The translations under genes and the position numbers were made by a program. Positions 1-8,967 of a stretch of 58,236 bases of DNA are shown here, piece by piece. The stretch comes from Candidatus Anoxychlamydiales bacterium. GTDB lineage: Bacteria > Chlamydiota > Chlamydiia > Chlamydiales > SM23-39. Location: positions 1-58,236 of the forward strand of contig JAAKFI010000004.1 of assembly GCA_011065125.1 (NCBI GenBank). The letters are read 5' to 3'. The notes under the pieces are model-generated. The model did no database searches. It was not told the origin of the DNA and worked only from the letters and a program-made list of their open reading frames with translations. How positions within the stretch are numbered: position 1 is the first letter of the stretch; every line of letters starts with the position of its first letter.

Positions 1-223
1 CATTCAAAAAGTTCTTCAAATGGGAATAGAAAATAAAGGATGCACTCTTGGTAATAGCAAATCTAATTTTTCTTCTATTTTTGAAGATAAAGGAAAAAAT
101 CAAAATTTTTTATATGCCCATGGAAAAGTAAATAAAAAATGTAAATTTTGTGAAAATAATATTATTAAAATTAAACTCTTTCAAAGAGGAACATACATCT
201 GTAAAAAGTGTCAAAAAATTTAA
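1..223 (+). CDS. mutM: Formamidopyrimidine-DNA glycosylase (Fpg/MutM), 3' end only; the gene runs off the left edge
   Basis: The frame is open from nt 2 to the TAA at 221-223. The C-terminus carries a C-x2-C-x16-C-x2-C zinc finger (CKFCENN...YICKKCQKI), as in Fpg/Nei C-termini. Confidence 0.7.
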   Translation, partial: IQKVLQMGIENKGCTLGNSKSNFSSIFEDKGKNQNFLYAHGKVNKKCKFCENNIIKIKLFQRGTYICKKCQKI

Positions 224-1692
224 GACATGTGGGTTGTTTGCCATTTGAATTTTTTAAAGTTTTCTAAATCTAGACCTTTAAAAAAACTAGCATTAGATTG
301 TTTAACAAATCTAAAAGTTTTTTTAATCCCTTTGAAAAATGGTGCTAGAATATTTCCACCAATTAATTTTCTAGATGTTTCTAAATAACTTCTACCTACA
401 TTATTAAGATCATTTAAATCACCAAATTGTATTGCCATTTTTCCTAAACATTTATAAAAAACAAAGTTATGAGGATGAATTTTAGTTTTCATCTGACATA
501 TGTATCTTTGAAAATCTACGCTAACATTTTTAGGTGCATTGTATCCTAAATGATATTCCCCTGCCAATTCTACAATATCTTTTTTAGTTCTTCTAATATA
601 TAAATGAAAAATACTAGATATTTTTCTTACCCTTTCATTAAAAGCCTCTAGTGTTTTTTTAGGAACTCCGGGTGAATTAAATAAATATAAATTGTTTGTT
701 GGGTGTATCGATGCTCTATATTGAGCAATGCATCCTCCAATACTGTGTCCCATCTCTGTTGGTATATGTCCAAATTTTTGAAAATATTTTTCATATTTTT
801 CACAAGATTCAAAAGCAGTTTTTCCTAATTCCTTTTCCAAATCCGTTATAAAAAATGAAAGAGCATCAATATTTGCCGGTTTAAATCCTGACCCTCGAAA
901 AACTCTTACTTTATCAATATACATATTCTTAATAACTGGTATTAGTAAATAGCTTATGCATCCCTCTGCTGTAATTAATCTAGCAGCTACTCTATAGTAA
1001 TTTGGGCCTAGATAGTTATTGTAGGCTTTGATAATAGTTCCAACTTCTAAAAGTCGATTTATAATTACTTTACATAATTTTTCAAAAAAACCATGTTTTG
1101 TATAAAGATGATTATTTTCACATAAAAGCAATCTTTCATGAATAGATAAAAAATAATCAAAAAATATTCTAGATAAAAATTTAGTAGGCCTTCCAGATAT
1201 ATCATCAATATCTTTCAATTTAAATTGATCATCTATTGAACTAGATAAATGCTTGTAAATTTTATCAAATTCATCACTTTTTAAATCATCTAAATTGTTA
1301 ATTAAAACAAGTCTTTCATCAGAAAGTATTTTGCTATGTTTTTTTTCTTTAGCTTCTCTTATATAATCTAAAACATCTTCTACTTTCACATCTTTTGTTA
1401 AGAGCAATATTTTATAAGCAATATCTTGAGTTAATGCAGCTTTTTTTTTCATTAGATCTTTAAAATCAACATTCGCTTTAGATAAGATTCTACTTAATCT
1501 TGGATGGGAAATTTTATTTTTTAAATAATTTTGAAAATAAGTAATTGTACGTTGGTTTTCAAATGATTGATTTTTAAAATGAATATGAAAAAAGGACAAC
1601 AAATAATCAAAAAAAGATTTTTTTATAATAAAAAAATCTTTTTTTACAATAATTATAGAAGAAAAAAAATATGTTTTTTCTAAAGTAATCAT
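220..1692 (-). CDS. Class 3 lipase-like alpha/beta hydrolase (candidate effector)
   Basis: 490-aa ORF with a VFRGSG strand motif followed about 60 aa later by the nucleophile elbow GHSIGG, the pattern of the Lipase_3 family. Its start overlaps the ispG stop by 4 nt. The N-terminal ~80 aa are low-complexity, so the start is uncertain. Confidence 0.5.
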   Translation of the reverse strand: MITLEKTYFFSSIIIVKKDFFIIKKSFFDYLLSFFHIHFKNQSFENQRTITYFQNYLKNKISHPRLSRILSKANVDFKDLMKKKAALTQDIAYKILLLTKDVKVEDVLDYIREAKEKKHSKILSDERLVLINNLDDLKSDEFDKIYKHLSSSIDDQFKLKDIDDISGRPTKFLSRIFFDYFLSIHERLLLCENNHLYTKHGFFEKLCKVIINRLLEVGTIIKAYNNYLGPNYYRVAARLITAEGCISYLLIPVIKNMYIDKVRVFRGSGFKPANIDALSFFITDLEKELGKTAFESCEKYEKYFQKFGHIPTEMGHSIGGCIAQYRASIHPTNNLYLFNSPGVPKKTLEAFNERVRKISSIFHLYIRRTKKDIVELAGEYHLGYNAPKNVSVDFQRYICQMKTKIHPHNFVFYKCLGKMAIQFGDLNDLNNVGRSYLETSRKLIGGNILAPFFKGIKKTFRFVKQSNASFFKGLDLENFKKFKWQTTHMS

Positions 1693-3266
1693 AAAGCTTT
1701 AGTTCCATATTTTTTCTCTATTAGATTTTTAAGTTCAAAAAAAGCATCTTTCGATAAAATATTTTTCTTAATAACTTTTTGATTAACATATAAATCAACT
1801 AGATCTTTTCCAGCTCCAACATAACCAAACTCAGCGTCTTGCATCTCTCCTATTCCATTAACAATACAACCCATAACTGCAATTTTTAAATTGGGGATAT
1901 TTGAAAATTCTTTTTTTAATTTTAAGACAACTTTTTGAATGTCAAACAATGTTCTTCCACAAGACGGGCATGATATAAACTCTGTTTTAGAATTTCTTTT
2001 TCTGGATGCTTGCATAATATTTAAAACTATATCTAAATCATCTCCATTTGTAAAAATACCATCTATTATTCCATCGATTAATAAAGATCCAAGAATTGCT
2101 ATATTTTCTAAAGAATATTTTAAATTATTGGTATTTAATAAAATTTTGGTATTTATTTTTTTATCTTCTAATTTTTGAAATAATTCTCTTATATTTTTGT
2201 GAATTGGAAATATTGGAGTATAAATTATATATTCATGATTTTTATATTTTTTTTCTATCACTTCAATATCTTCTAAAAATAAAAACGAGCTATCTTTAGG
2301 ATCTACTTTAAAATCAATATTTTTATTTGCGTTATTATCATTTATGTCTACTGCAAGAATAGAGTTTTTATTATCTTTTGAAATATTTATGCTTTTGTAA
2401 TCTTTGTATTTTTCTTTAATTTTACTAATCTCATATGCAGGATTAATCTCTTCTATTGGATCATTTGTAAGTGATACTCTAATTGTATCGCCTATCCCAT
2501 CTAATAATAGAGAACCTATCCCAATTGCCGATCTAACTTCACCATCTAATCCTTCCCCAGCCTCTGTTACTCCTAAATGAAGAGGATAATTCAAATTCTC
2601 TTTAATTAGCTCAAAAACAAGCAGTCTATAAGCTTCTATCATTACTTTTACATTAGATGACTTCATGGAAAATACTATGGAATGAAAATTATGTTTTACA
2701 CATATTTTTGCATACTCAATAGCAGATTCAACCATCCCCTCTTTAGTATTACCATATTTTGACATAATTCTATCAGATAATGATCCGTGATTTACTCCAA
2801 TTCTAAGTGCTACTTTATTTTTTTTAAGTTTGTCTATTAGTGGCAAAAATTTTTCTTCTGTAATTTTTAGGCTTTGTAAATACTCTTCTTTAGTAAAATT
2901 ATTTTTTTTGTAATTTGCTCTTTTTTCAGCATAGTTACCAGGATTTATTCTAACTTTTTCAACAAAATCACTTACTATAATTGCAGCTTTAGGAAAAAAA
3001 TGAATATCAGCTACAAGTGGTATATCATATCCTTTTTTTAATAAAATATTTTTAATATTTTCACATGCATATGCTTGCGATATCCCTTGGACTGTTAGCC
3101 TTACTATATCACATCCATGATCTGATAAATTCATTATCTGAGAAGTTGTTTTTTCAATATCTAATGTATCGGTATTCGTCATAGATTGGATCTTAATTGG
3201 ATTATTATTGCCAATTAATAGATTTCCAATTTTAACTTCTTTTGAAATATATTTTTTACTTTTCAT
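1689..3266 (-). CDS. ispG: 4-hydroxy-3-methylbut-2-enyl diphosphate synthase (IspG/GcpE), long form with an internal insertion
   Basis: VKIGNLLIGNNNPIKIQSMTNTDT N-terminal TIM-barrel motif. C-terminal Fe-S cysteines (ISCPSCGRT ... MGCIVNGIGE). 525 aa with a central insert, as in chlamydial and plant enzymes. Confidence 0.9.
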   Translation of the reverse strand: MKSKKYISKEVKIGNLLIGNNNPIKIQSMTNTDTLDIEKTTSQIMNLSDHGCDIVRLTVQGISQAYACENIKNILLKKGYDIPLVADIHFFPKAAIIVSDFVEKVRINPGNYAEKRANYKKNNFTKEEYLQSLKITEEKFLPLIDKLKKNKVALRIGVNHGSLSDRIMSKYGNTKEGMVESAIEYAKICVKHNFHSIVFSMKSSNVKVMIEAYRLLVFELIKENLNYPLHLGVTEAGEGLDGEVRSAIGIGSLLLDGIGDTIRVSLTNDPIEEINPAYEISKIKEKYKDYKSINISKDNKNSILAVDINDNNANKNIDFKVDPKDSSFLFLEDIEVIEKKYKNHEYIIYTPIFPIHKNIRELFQKLEDKKINTKILLNTNNLKYSLENIAILGSLLIDGIIDGIFTNGDDLDIVLNIMQASRKRNSKTEFISCPSCGRTLFDIQKVVLKLKKEFSNIPNLKIAVMGCIVNGIGEMQDAEFGYVGAGKDLVDLYVNQKVIKKNILSKDAFFELKNLIEKKYGTKAL

Positions 3267-3317
3267 ATTCCTAGCAATTTTAAAATTGCTAAATACTACT
3301 ACTTTTAAAAAAAAATA

Positions 3318-4136
3318 TCAATATTCAAAATCAGCAAATTCAGGGTTTATTAATCTACTTCCTCTTTTATAATGAATTTCATCAATTATTTTGATATCTT
3401 CAGCTGATAAATTAAAATTAAAAATATCAAAATCTTCTTTTAAATGATTGATTGAAGAAGCCTTAGGAATTACAATTATATCTTTTGAAATAATCCAATT
3501 TAAAGATACCTGAGAGGGAGATTTATTATATTTTTTGCCAATTGCAATTAATTCTTTATCTTCAAATACCTTTTCTCTAGCAATTGGGCAATAAGCTGTT
3601 ATTGCAATAGAGTGTCTATTGCAAAAGTCTAAAAGATCTTTTTGATAAAGATATGGATGGAATTCTACTTGGTTTACTTCAGGCACTAGTTTTTGATCTA
3701 ATAAATCTTGAATATGATTTATTGTATAGTTTGAAACTCCTGTAGCTTTTATTTTTCCTTTCTCTTTTAGTCTTGTCATTTCATAGTATACATCAATTAT
3801 TGGTTTTGTTCTATCTGGCCAATGAATTAAGTATAAATCTAAATAATCTAAATTTAATTGCATTAAACATTTATCAACTTCACTCTCAACATTTTTAGGG
3901 TCTAAAAAGTCTATCCAAAGTTTTGTTGTAATAAATAAATCTTTTCTATTTTTATGAGCTATAGCTTTTGCTATATAAATGTGATTTTTATAAATATCAG
4001 CAGTATCAATATGAGTATATCCAATTTTAAAAGCATCTTTAATAGCGGATATACATTTTGTCTCTTCATCTTGCAACCACGTTCCAAGACCAATCATCGG
4101 AATTGAAGTGCTTGAAAGTAATTTTTTACTCTCCAT
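3318..4136 (-). CDS. Aldo/keto reductase (2,5-diketo-D-gluconate reductase-like)
   Basis: 272 aa. GLGTW, GYTHIDTADIY, LYLIHWP, NQVEFHP and IPKASS motifs are typical of the AKR superfamily. Confidence 0.9.
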   Translation of the reverse strand: MESKKLLSSTSIPMIGLGTWLQDEETKCISAIKDAFKIGYTHIDTADIYKNHIYIAKAIAHKNRKDLFITTKLWIDFLDPKNVESEVDKCLMQLNLDYLDLYLIHWPDRTKPIIDVYYEMTRLKEKGKIKATGVSNYTINHIQDLLDQKLVPEVNQVEFHPYLYQKDLLDFCNRHSIAITAYCPIAREKVFEDKELIAIGKKYNKSPSQVSLNWIISKDIIVIPKASSINHLKEDFDIFNFNLSAEDIKIIDEIHYKRGSRLINPEFADFEY

Positions 4137-4800
4137 TTCTATGCTCCTTTAAGATATTTATATAAGCTTTTGTTTTACCATATGCAAAATCTACATCAAA
4201 ACTTTTTGTGGTTTTATAATCTTTATCATAAAAATTTAAATCATAACTTATCGTTATAATTTTAGCTTTTTTAGATTCTTTTTTAAATTTATCTGTAAAT
4301 TTTAAAATTTCCTTCTCATTTAAGCATGTACCATAAAGATATATATGAGTAAAGTTATTAAAACTAATTTCAAACATGTCTTTTTTTAAAAAAATAATTC
4401 TTAAATAAAAAATTTTATTTAGAAATTTAGAGATGTTTATTAATTTATCTACCCATTCAATAGCTGTTACTTTACATTTAAAAATTAAACGAATAAAAAA
4501 ACTAACATTTCCTCTTCCAGAGCCTAACTCTAAAAAATTACTTTTTTTATCTATGTTTGATTCTTTTGCAATTTTATAAATAGTTTTTATAGGAGTCTCT
4601 CCATAAGTATAGATATCAGATAATCCTTTTTTTTGATTAAAAATTCTAACTTCTCTATATGGATTGATAAATAAGTATATGAATGAAAAAACAGAGTCTA
4701 ATAAAAAATATTTAAAATTTTTATAAAAATTAAAAATAGTAAATATTTTATCTTTGAAATTAAAAATTTTAACTTTTAAAAACAACTTAAAATTTTTCAA
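4126..4800 (-). CDS. Class I SAM-dependent methyltransferase, DOT1-like
   Basis: YGET (res 66-69) lies about 20 aa upstream of SAM motif I, FLELGSGRGNV (res 89-99). A CK..A.E post-I strand and a later hydrophobic strand follow, in the same order as DOT1/DOT1L. The ORF overlaps the AKR start by 11 nt. Confidence 0.6.
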   Translation of the reverse strand: MKNFKLFLKVKIFNFKDKIFTIFNFYKNFKYFLLDSVFSFIYLFINPYREVRIFNQKKGLSDIYTYGETPIKTIYKIAKESNIDKKSNFLELGSGRGNVSFFIRLIFKCKVTAIEWVDKLINISKFLNKIFYLRIIFLKKDMFEISFNNFTHIYLYGTCLNEKEILKFTDKFKKESKKAKIITISYDLNFYDKDYKTTKSFDVDFAYGKTKAYINILKEHRNGE

Positions 4801-4880
4801 ATAAACCTACATTTTATATATAAAATAAAAGTCTATTTTATAATTTTTTAATGAAAGAAAAAAGAAAATTATATAAATAT

Positions 4881-5864
4881 TTAAAAATTAATATAAGTTC
4901 CAGGATCTATAGCTAAAAAAGTATTATGATCAATATTTTCTTTTTGTAAATTCACAAAAAGTTCATATGGAGGTAGATTTATATCTTCTTCAGATAATTT
5001 AAAAGTTTTCCAATGCATTGCTATACTAAGTTTTGAATTCACATCTTTATGTATTTTAATTGCATTAACAGGATCTATATGAACAGGCAGCATAAACTCT
5101 CTTGGAACATAAGTACCAATAGGTATCAAAGATAAATCTATTTCATTAAACAACTTTTTAATTAATTTAAAATGTCTGTTATTATACCCCGTGTCTCCAG
5201 TAAAATATATTTTCTTATTATTTATTTTATTTTGTATAACAAAACCACACCATAGTCTTAAATTACCATCGAAAAGGCCTCTTCCTGAATAATGCTGTGC
5301 TGGTGTTGCTGTAACTTTGATATTATCATCTTCATATGTATGTAACCAATCTAACTCTACTACGTTTTTAATTCCCCTTCTATTTAGCCATTTTTTTATT
5401 CCCAATGGAACTATGAATTTAGCATTTGGAAATTTTTTACTAAGCATTTTAACACTTTTTTTATCCAAATGATCATAATGATCATGGCTGATTGTGATAT
5501 AGTCTATTTTAGGTAAATTTTCTATATCTATTGCTGGCTTTTCTTTTCTTTTAGGTCCAATTACACTTATAGGAGAGCAGCTGTTATAAAAAATAGGATC
5601 TGTTAAAATATGAACATTATGACTTTTTATTAAAAAAGTATCATGACCAATCCAAGTAGCATAATCTTTTTTATCATCAAATGTTTTATTATCAGATGGA
5701 TATTTAAAATCTGTTGGACAGGATAAGATAATATCTTCTTTATATTTACCTCTTTTCCACCTTACAAAATCCTTAATTGTTCTTCTAACTCTTTGATTTA
5801 CAAAGTTATTTATAAATCTTCCTGCTTTTTTTTGACTAAAAGGACCACTATTTTTATTAAACAT
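4881..5864 (-). CDS. Metallo-beta-lactamase-fold hydrolase, NAPE-PLD-like
   Basis: SHDHYDHLD (HxHxDH) zinc motif, then TGDTGY and a later His. I prefer the ATG at 5864, which is preceded by GGAGA. The ORF track extends the frame to 5966. Confidence 0.8.
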   Translation of the reverse strand: MFNKNSGPFSQKKAGRFINNFVNQRVRRTIKDFVRWKRGKYKEDIILSCPTDFKYPSDNKTFDDKKDYATWIGHDTFLIKSHNVHILTDPIFYNSCSPISVIGPKRKEKPAIDIENLPKIDYITISHDHYDHLDKKSVKMLSKKFPNAKFIVPLGIKKWLNRRGIKNVVELDWLHTYEDDNIKVTATPAQHYSGRGLFDGNLRLWCGFVIQNKINNKKIYFTGDTGYNNRHFKLIKKLFNEIDLSLIPIGTYVPREFMLPVHIDPVNAIKIHKDVNSKLSIAMHWKTFKLSEEDINLPPYELFVNLQKENIDHNTFLAIDPGTYINF

Positions 5865-6088
5865 TTTTATATCTCCATATATTATAAAAGAATAACAATC
5901 TGGATTTTTAAACAACTGTTTTTTATAATTATCTGCAATTATTTTTATATAAATTAAATTAAACAACTTATTATCAACTGAATAATATTATTAACATAAA
6001 ATTATTATTATAAATTAATTAAATAAATTTACTTGATTTAATGAAGCTCAGTAACTTAGAATTACAATTAAAGAATAAAACATAAAAA

Positions 6089-7537
6089 ATGATAGATAAA
6101 TTAACAAAACATCCCCAAGGAAGTATAAAAGAACTTTTTACAGTTTCTTTACCCTTAATGATTTCTGCACTTGCATCTTTACTTATGATCTTTGTAGATA
6201 GATGTTTTTTAGCAAGATACTCTCTAGATGCTTTAAATGCTTCAGTTAACTCAGGGACTCTAGCTTGGGCTTTTATGGGAGGGTTTGGAATGTTAACCGT
6301 TATGAGCTCCATTTTTGTAGCTCAATATAATGGTTCTAAACAGTTGGATAAGATAGGAAAAAGTGTTTGGCAGATGATATGGATATCTGTTTTTTCTACT
6401 TTATTTTTTATTCCACTTGCATACATGAGTTATTTAATTTTTAAAACTCCTAAATATGCAAATTATCAAATCGATTATTTTAAATATCTAATGTTTTTTT
6501 CTCCTTTCTATCCACTTTATACAGCATTAAGTGGTTTTTTTATTGGAAGAGGAAAGGCTAAAATTTTAATATATGTAGCTATCTTCGCAAATTTAATAAA
6601 CGTTTTATTTGATTATATATTAATTTTTGGTATTAAAGGGTTTATTCCATCATATGGCATTAAAGGAGCTGCTATTGCAACCTCTTTAGGAACCGTTTTT
6701 CAAGCTATTATTTTAGGTTATTTATTTTTTAGCAAAGAAAATATTAAAACATATAAAACTAATGATTATAAATTAGATTTTTCACTATTAAAAAAATCCT
6801 TTAAAGTAGGTTTTCCGCCTGCTATTTTTTTTACTTTAGAAATGATTGGTTGGGCTATTTTTTATATAATGATGACCAAAATATCAGAGATGCATATAAC
6901 CGTATCTAGTATATGTCAAAGTATTGTAATACTACTCTCTTTTTTCTTTGATGGTTTACATAGAGGAATATCAGCTCTTGCTGGTAATTTTATTGGTGCT
7001 AAAAAAACAGAGCTTATAAATAAACTTGTAAAAGCATCAATTAAATTATTAGTAATCTTTACTATAATAGTTTCTATGTTTTTAATAATAGACTCAAAAA
7101 TTGTAATAGATTTTCTAATACCTAAAAATATAGAAGGAAAAATAGCAGCCCTTCAAAAATCTTCAAATATAGCTTTTTATTCAACTTTGAAAATCTGTTT
7201 TTATTATGTGTTTGCTTATCTATTTTTTGAAGGTATTAGATGGATATTTGCAGGACTTTTAACAGCAGCTGGAGATACTTTATTTTTGCTTATCGCCGGA
7301 TCATTGTCTGTTTGGATATTTTTACTTCTTCCTATTTATTTTATTGTTGTTAGATTTTCTTTAAGTGTAGAAATAGCTTGGCTTTTTGCTGCTTCATATG
7401 CGTTTATTTTAAGCATTATATATTTTATTAGATTCAAAAATGGAAAATGGAAATCCATAAAATTATTAGAAGAAAAAACACCCATCGAAGATGAAGTCAT
7501 TGAATCTATTCAAAAAAATGAGAATGATCTAAGTTAG
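6089..7537 (+). CDS. MATE family multidrug/sodium efflux transporter
   Basis: 482 aa with about 12 hydrophobic helices. The N-terminal layout (L..P.....L..L...VD..FL) and two-fold repeat architecture match NorM/MatE. Confidence 0.8.
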   Translation: MIDKLTKHPQGSIKELFTVSLPLMISALASLLMIFVDRCFLARYSLDALNASVNSGTLAWAFMGGFGMLTVMSSIFVAQYNGSKQLDKIGKSVWQMIWISVFSTLFFIPLAYMSYLIFKTPKYANYQIDYFKYLMFFSPFYPLYTALSGFFIGRGKAKILIYVAIFANLINVLFDYILIFGIKGFIPSYGIKGAAIATSLGTVFQAIILGYLFFSKENIKTYKTNDYKLDFSLLKKSFKVGFPPAIFFTLEMIGWAIFYIMMTKISEMHITVSSICQSIVILLSFFFDGLHRGISALAGNFIGAKKTELINKLVKASIKLLVIFTIIVSMFLIIDSKIVIDFLIPKNIEGKIAALQKSSNIAFYSTLKICFYYVFAYLFFEGIRWIFAGLLTAAGDTLFLLIAGSLSVWIFLLLPIYFIVVRFSLSVEIAWLFAASYAFILSIIYFIRFKNGKWKSIKLLEEKTPIEDEVIESIQKNENDLS

Positions 7538-7555
7538 CACTATAAAAAAACTTAC

Positions 7556-8767
7556 TTACTTTTCAATTTTTCTATAATGAAACATGTAGGCCTTGTTAAA
7601 TGGTATTTTTTCTACTTCAATAGGTCTTGATCCACCATCATTATATTCAAACCATGTTTTAATCTCATAATCATAGTGATATTCAATATAATGACCGCCT
7701 CCAAATTCTCCCATATGATATATACATCCATCTAATACATATTGATCCTCTGTGCCCTCTACAGGACCAGGAAGCATAATCACTTGTGGAACATCATAGG
7801 CCTTATCAATTTTACTATATCCAAAAATTTCAGATCCATCACTTATAGCTTCAAATCTTTTCAATGTAATGAAAGCATCTTGGGGATTATCATCAAATCT
7901 CCTTTTTGTTCGGAGTATCGATTTATTATATTGAGGCAATTGAAGTGATACATCATTTACAACTTTATCACCTGGCATATGTTCTTCATCAAAATAATGA
8001 TTTAGTTGAAATTGCAATGGCAAATCATTTATTTCAAATTCAAAATTACCCCAAGTTTTTTGTTGGTTAGATCTTCTTTCTTCTAGTTGACCAGCTATTG
8101 GCGTCTCAGCATAAGGAGTCTCTATTAAATTTTTAAAAATAGATAGTTTGGGATCTAAACGACCTGCAATTAATTTGAGTACTTCTGTAGCATCATGTTG
8201 TTTATCTAAAGTGAACTCATATAGAGAATACCTTGTTAACTCAACTAATACTTCTCTTAATGCTTTAATATCATTTTCTGTTATTTGTTGGCCTGATTCA
8301 TATTTTCTTATAAAATCACCAAAAGATCTCAATTCACTTCCCTCTTCTTGAATTAAAAGTGCATTTTTAAAGGTTTCAACCCTCATAACCATTTGCATGC
8401 AAGATATAATAAAACAATCGTTCCCTGAGTTTGGCAATCCAATATTTGATAAACTGCTACTTTGAGCTGCAGCTCCTGCTGCGGCTTGTTGTCCTTCATA
8501 TGCTTTCCTTTTGCCTTTTCTATCTACCGTACTCTTAGGGTTCGGGCTTTGAGTGCAAAAAGATCCACAAGCACCTGCTCCTAAAACACCTGCAAGCGCA
8601 ACGCCACCTGCTGGAATAGATAAATAAAATAAACCACCCATAGCAGCAGTAAATATAACTCCACCAGCAATTACTCCGGCTATTTTCATAGCAGTAGAGG
8701 AACTTTTTTTATCAACTACTTCTCCTCTATGAATACCACCAGAACCTTGAATTTTATCTACAGACAT
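7556..8767 (-). CDS. Membrane-anchored ubiquitin-specific protease (USP/UBP, peptidase C19)
   Basis: Cys box GLPNSGNDCFIISCMQ (C118, codon 8414-8416). QHDATEVL motif. His box YVLDGCIYHMGEFGGGHYIEYH...WFEYNDG. The N-terminal Gly/Ala-rich bilobed hydrophobic segment spans res ~27-70. Confidence 0.85.
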   Translation of the reverse strand: MSVDKIQGSGGIHRGEVVDKKSSSTAMKIAGVIAGGVIFTAAMGGLFYLSIPAGGVALAGVLGAGACGSFCTQSPNPKSTVDRKGKRKAYEGQQAAAGAAAQSSSLSNIGLPNSGNDCFIISCMQMVMRVETFKNALLIQEEGSELRSFGDFIRKYESGQQITENDIKALREVLVELTRYSLYEFTLDKQHDATEVLKLIAGRLDPKLSIFKNLIETPYAETPIAGQLEERRSNQQKTWGNFEFEINDLPLQFQLNHYFDEEHMPGDKVVNDVSLQLPQYNKSILRTKRRFDDNPQDAFITLKRFEAISDGSEIFGYSKIDKAYDVPQVIMLPGPVEGTEDQYVLDGCIYHMGEFGGGHYIEYHYDYEIKTWFEYNDGGSRPIEVEKIPFNKAYMFHYRKIEK

Positions 8768-8936
8768 TATTATTCACCTTATTATCATTTATAATATAAT
8801 TAATTATATCATAATTATAATTAATACTTAATTAAAAAACAGTTTTTTAAATTAATTATTATAAATATTCCGTTAATTTCTATTAAAAAAGCAAGTCCTT
8901 GTTAATAAAGGTCTTATGAATAGAGAGTCCTTTTTC

Positions 8937-8965
8937 AAAAAAACACATGTGAAGTGTTTTTTAAT
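8937..8965 (-). terminator. Putative intrinsic terminator hairpin downstream of the second USP gene
   Basis: AAAAAACAC / GTGTTTTTT 9-bp inverted repeat with a 7-nt loop, immediately 3' of the stop at 8968. The stem is AU-rich, so this is a weak call. Confidence 0.35.
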
Positions 8966-8967
8966 TT

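Noticed and set aside
1939-2299. The ORF track lists + strand ORFs (1939-2178, 2096-2299) inside ispG. It also lists similar antisense ORFs at 7742-7948, 8148-8351, 10507-10827, 11110-11298, 11548-11748, 12292-12501, 15744-15941, 16056-16331, 19953-20165, 20255-20476, 21861-22130, 23888-24109, 26507-26800, 27698-27880, 28337-28552, 28850-29056, 30635-30823, 31175-31384, 33296-33529, 33658-33927, 40113-40397, 40567-40749, 48728-48919, 52914-53135, 56715-56996 and 57732-57941.
   Set aside because: All of them lie within, or mostly within, longer ORFs that carry recognisable family motifs or coherent architecture; nearly all are on the opposite strand and the rest (20255-20476) are in a different frame of the same strand. 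Their translations are low-complexity (Phe/Ile/Leu/Ser/Lys-rich), as expected for shadow frames in AT-rich DNA.
4881-5966. Long N-terminal extensions given by the ORF track (MBL 5966; GT 49969; OMP 52657; RRM 56626; ferritin 54340; secreted protein 42171; membrane protein 56096)
   Set aside because: For the MBL, GT, OMP, RRM and ferritin genes an internal start codon is preceded by a Shine-Dalgarno-like motif; for the OMP and the secreted protein (42141) it also begins a proper signal peptide, and for the ferritin, RRM, MBL and GT genes it begins the conserved N-terminus of the family. The shorter start at 56114 is simply the first ATG after the TTG used by the track. The upstream extensions are low-complexity.
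6019-6312. 97-aa minus-strand ORF overlapping the 5' end of the MATE transporter gene
   Set aside because: It overlaps the well-supported MATE CDS by more than 200 nt. It has no RBS or motif, and part of it is the mirror of the MATE TM helices.
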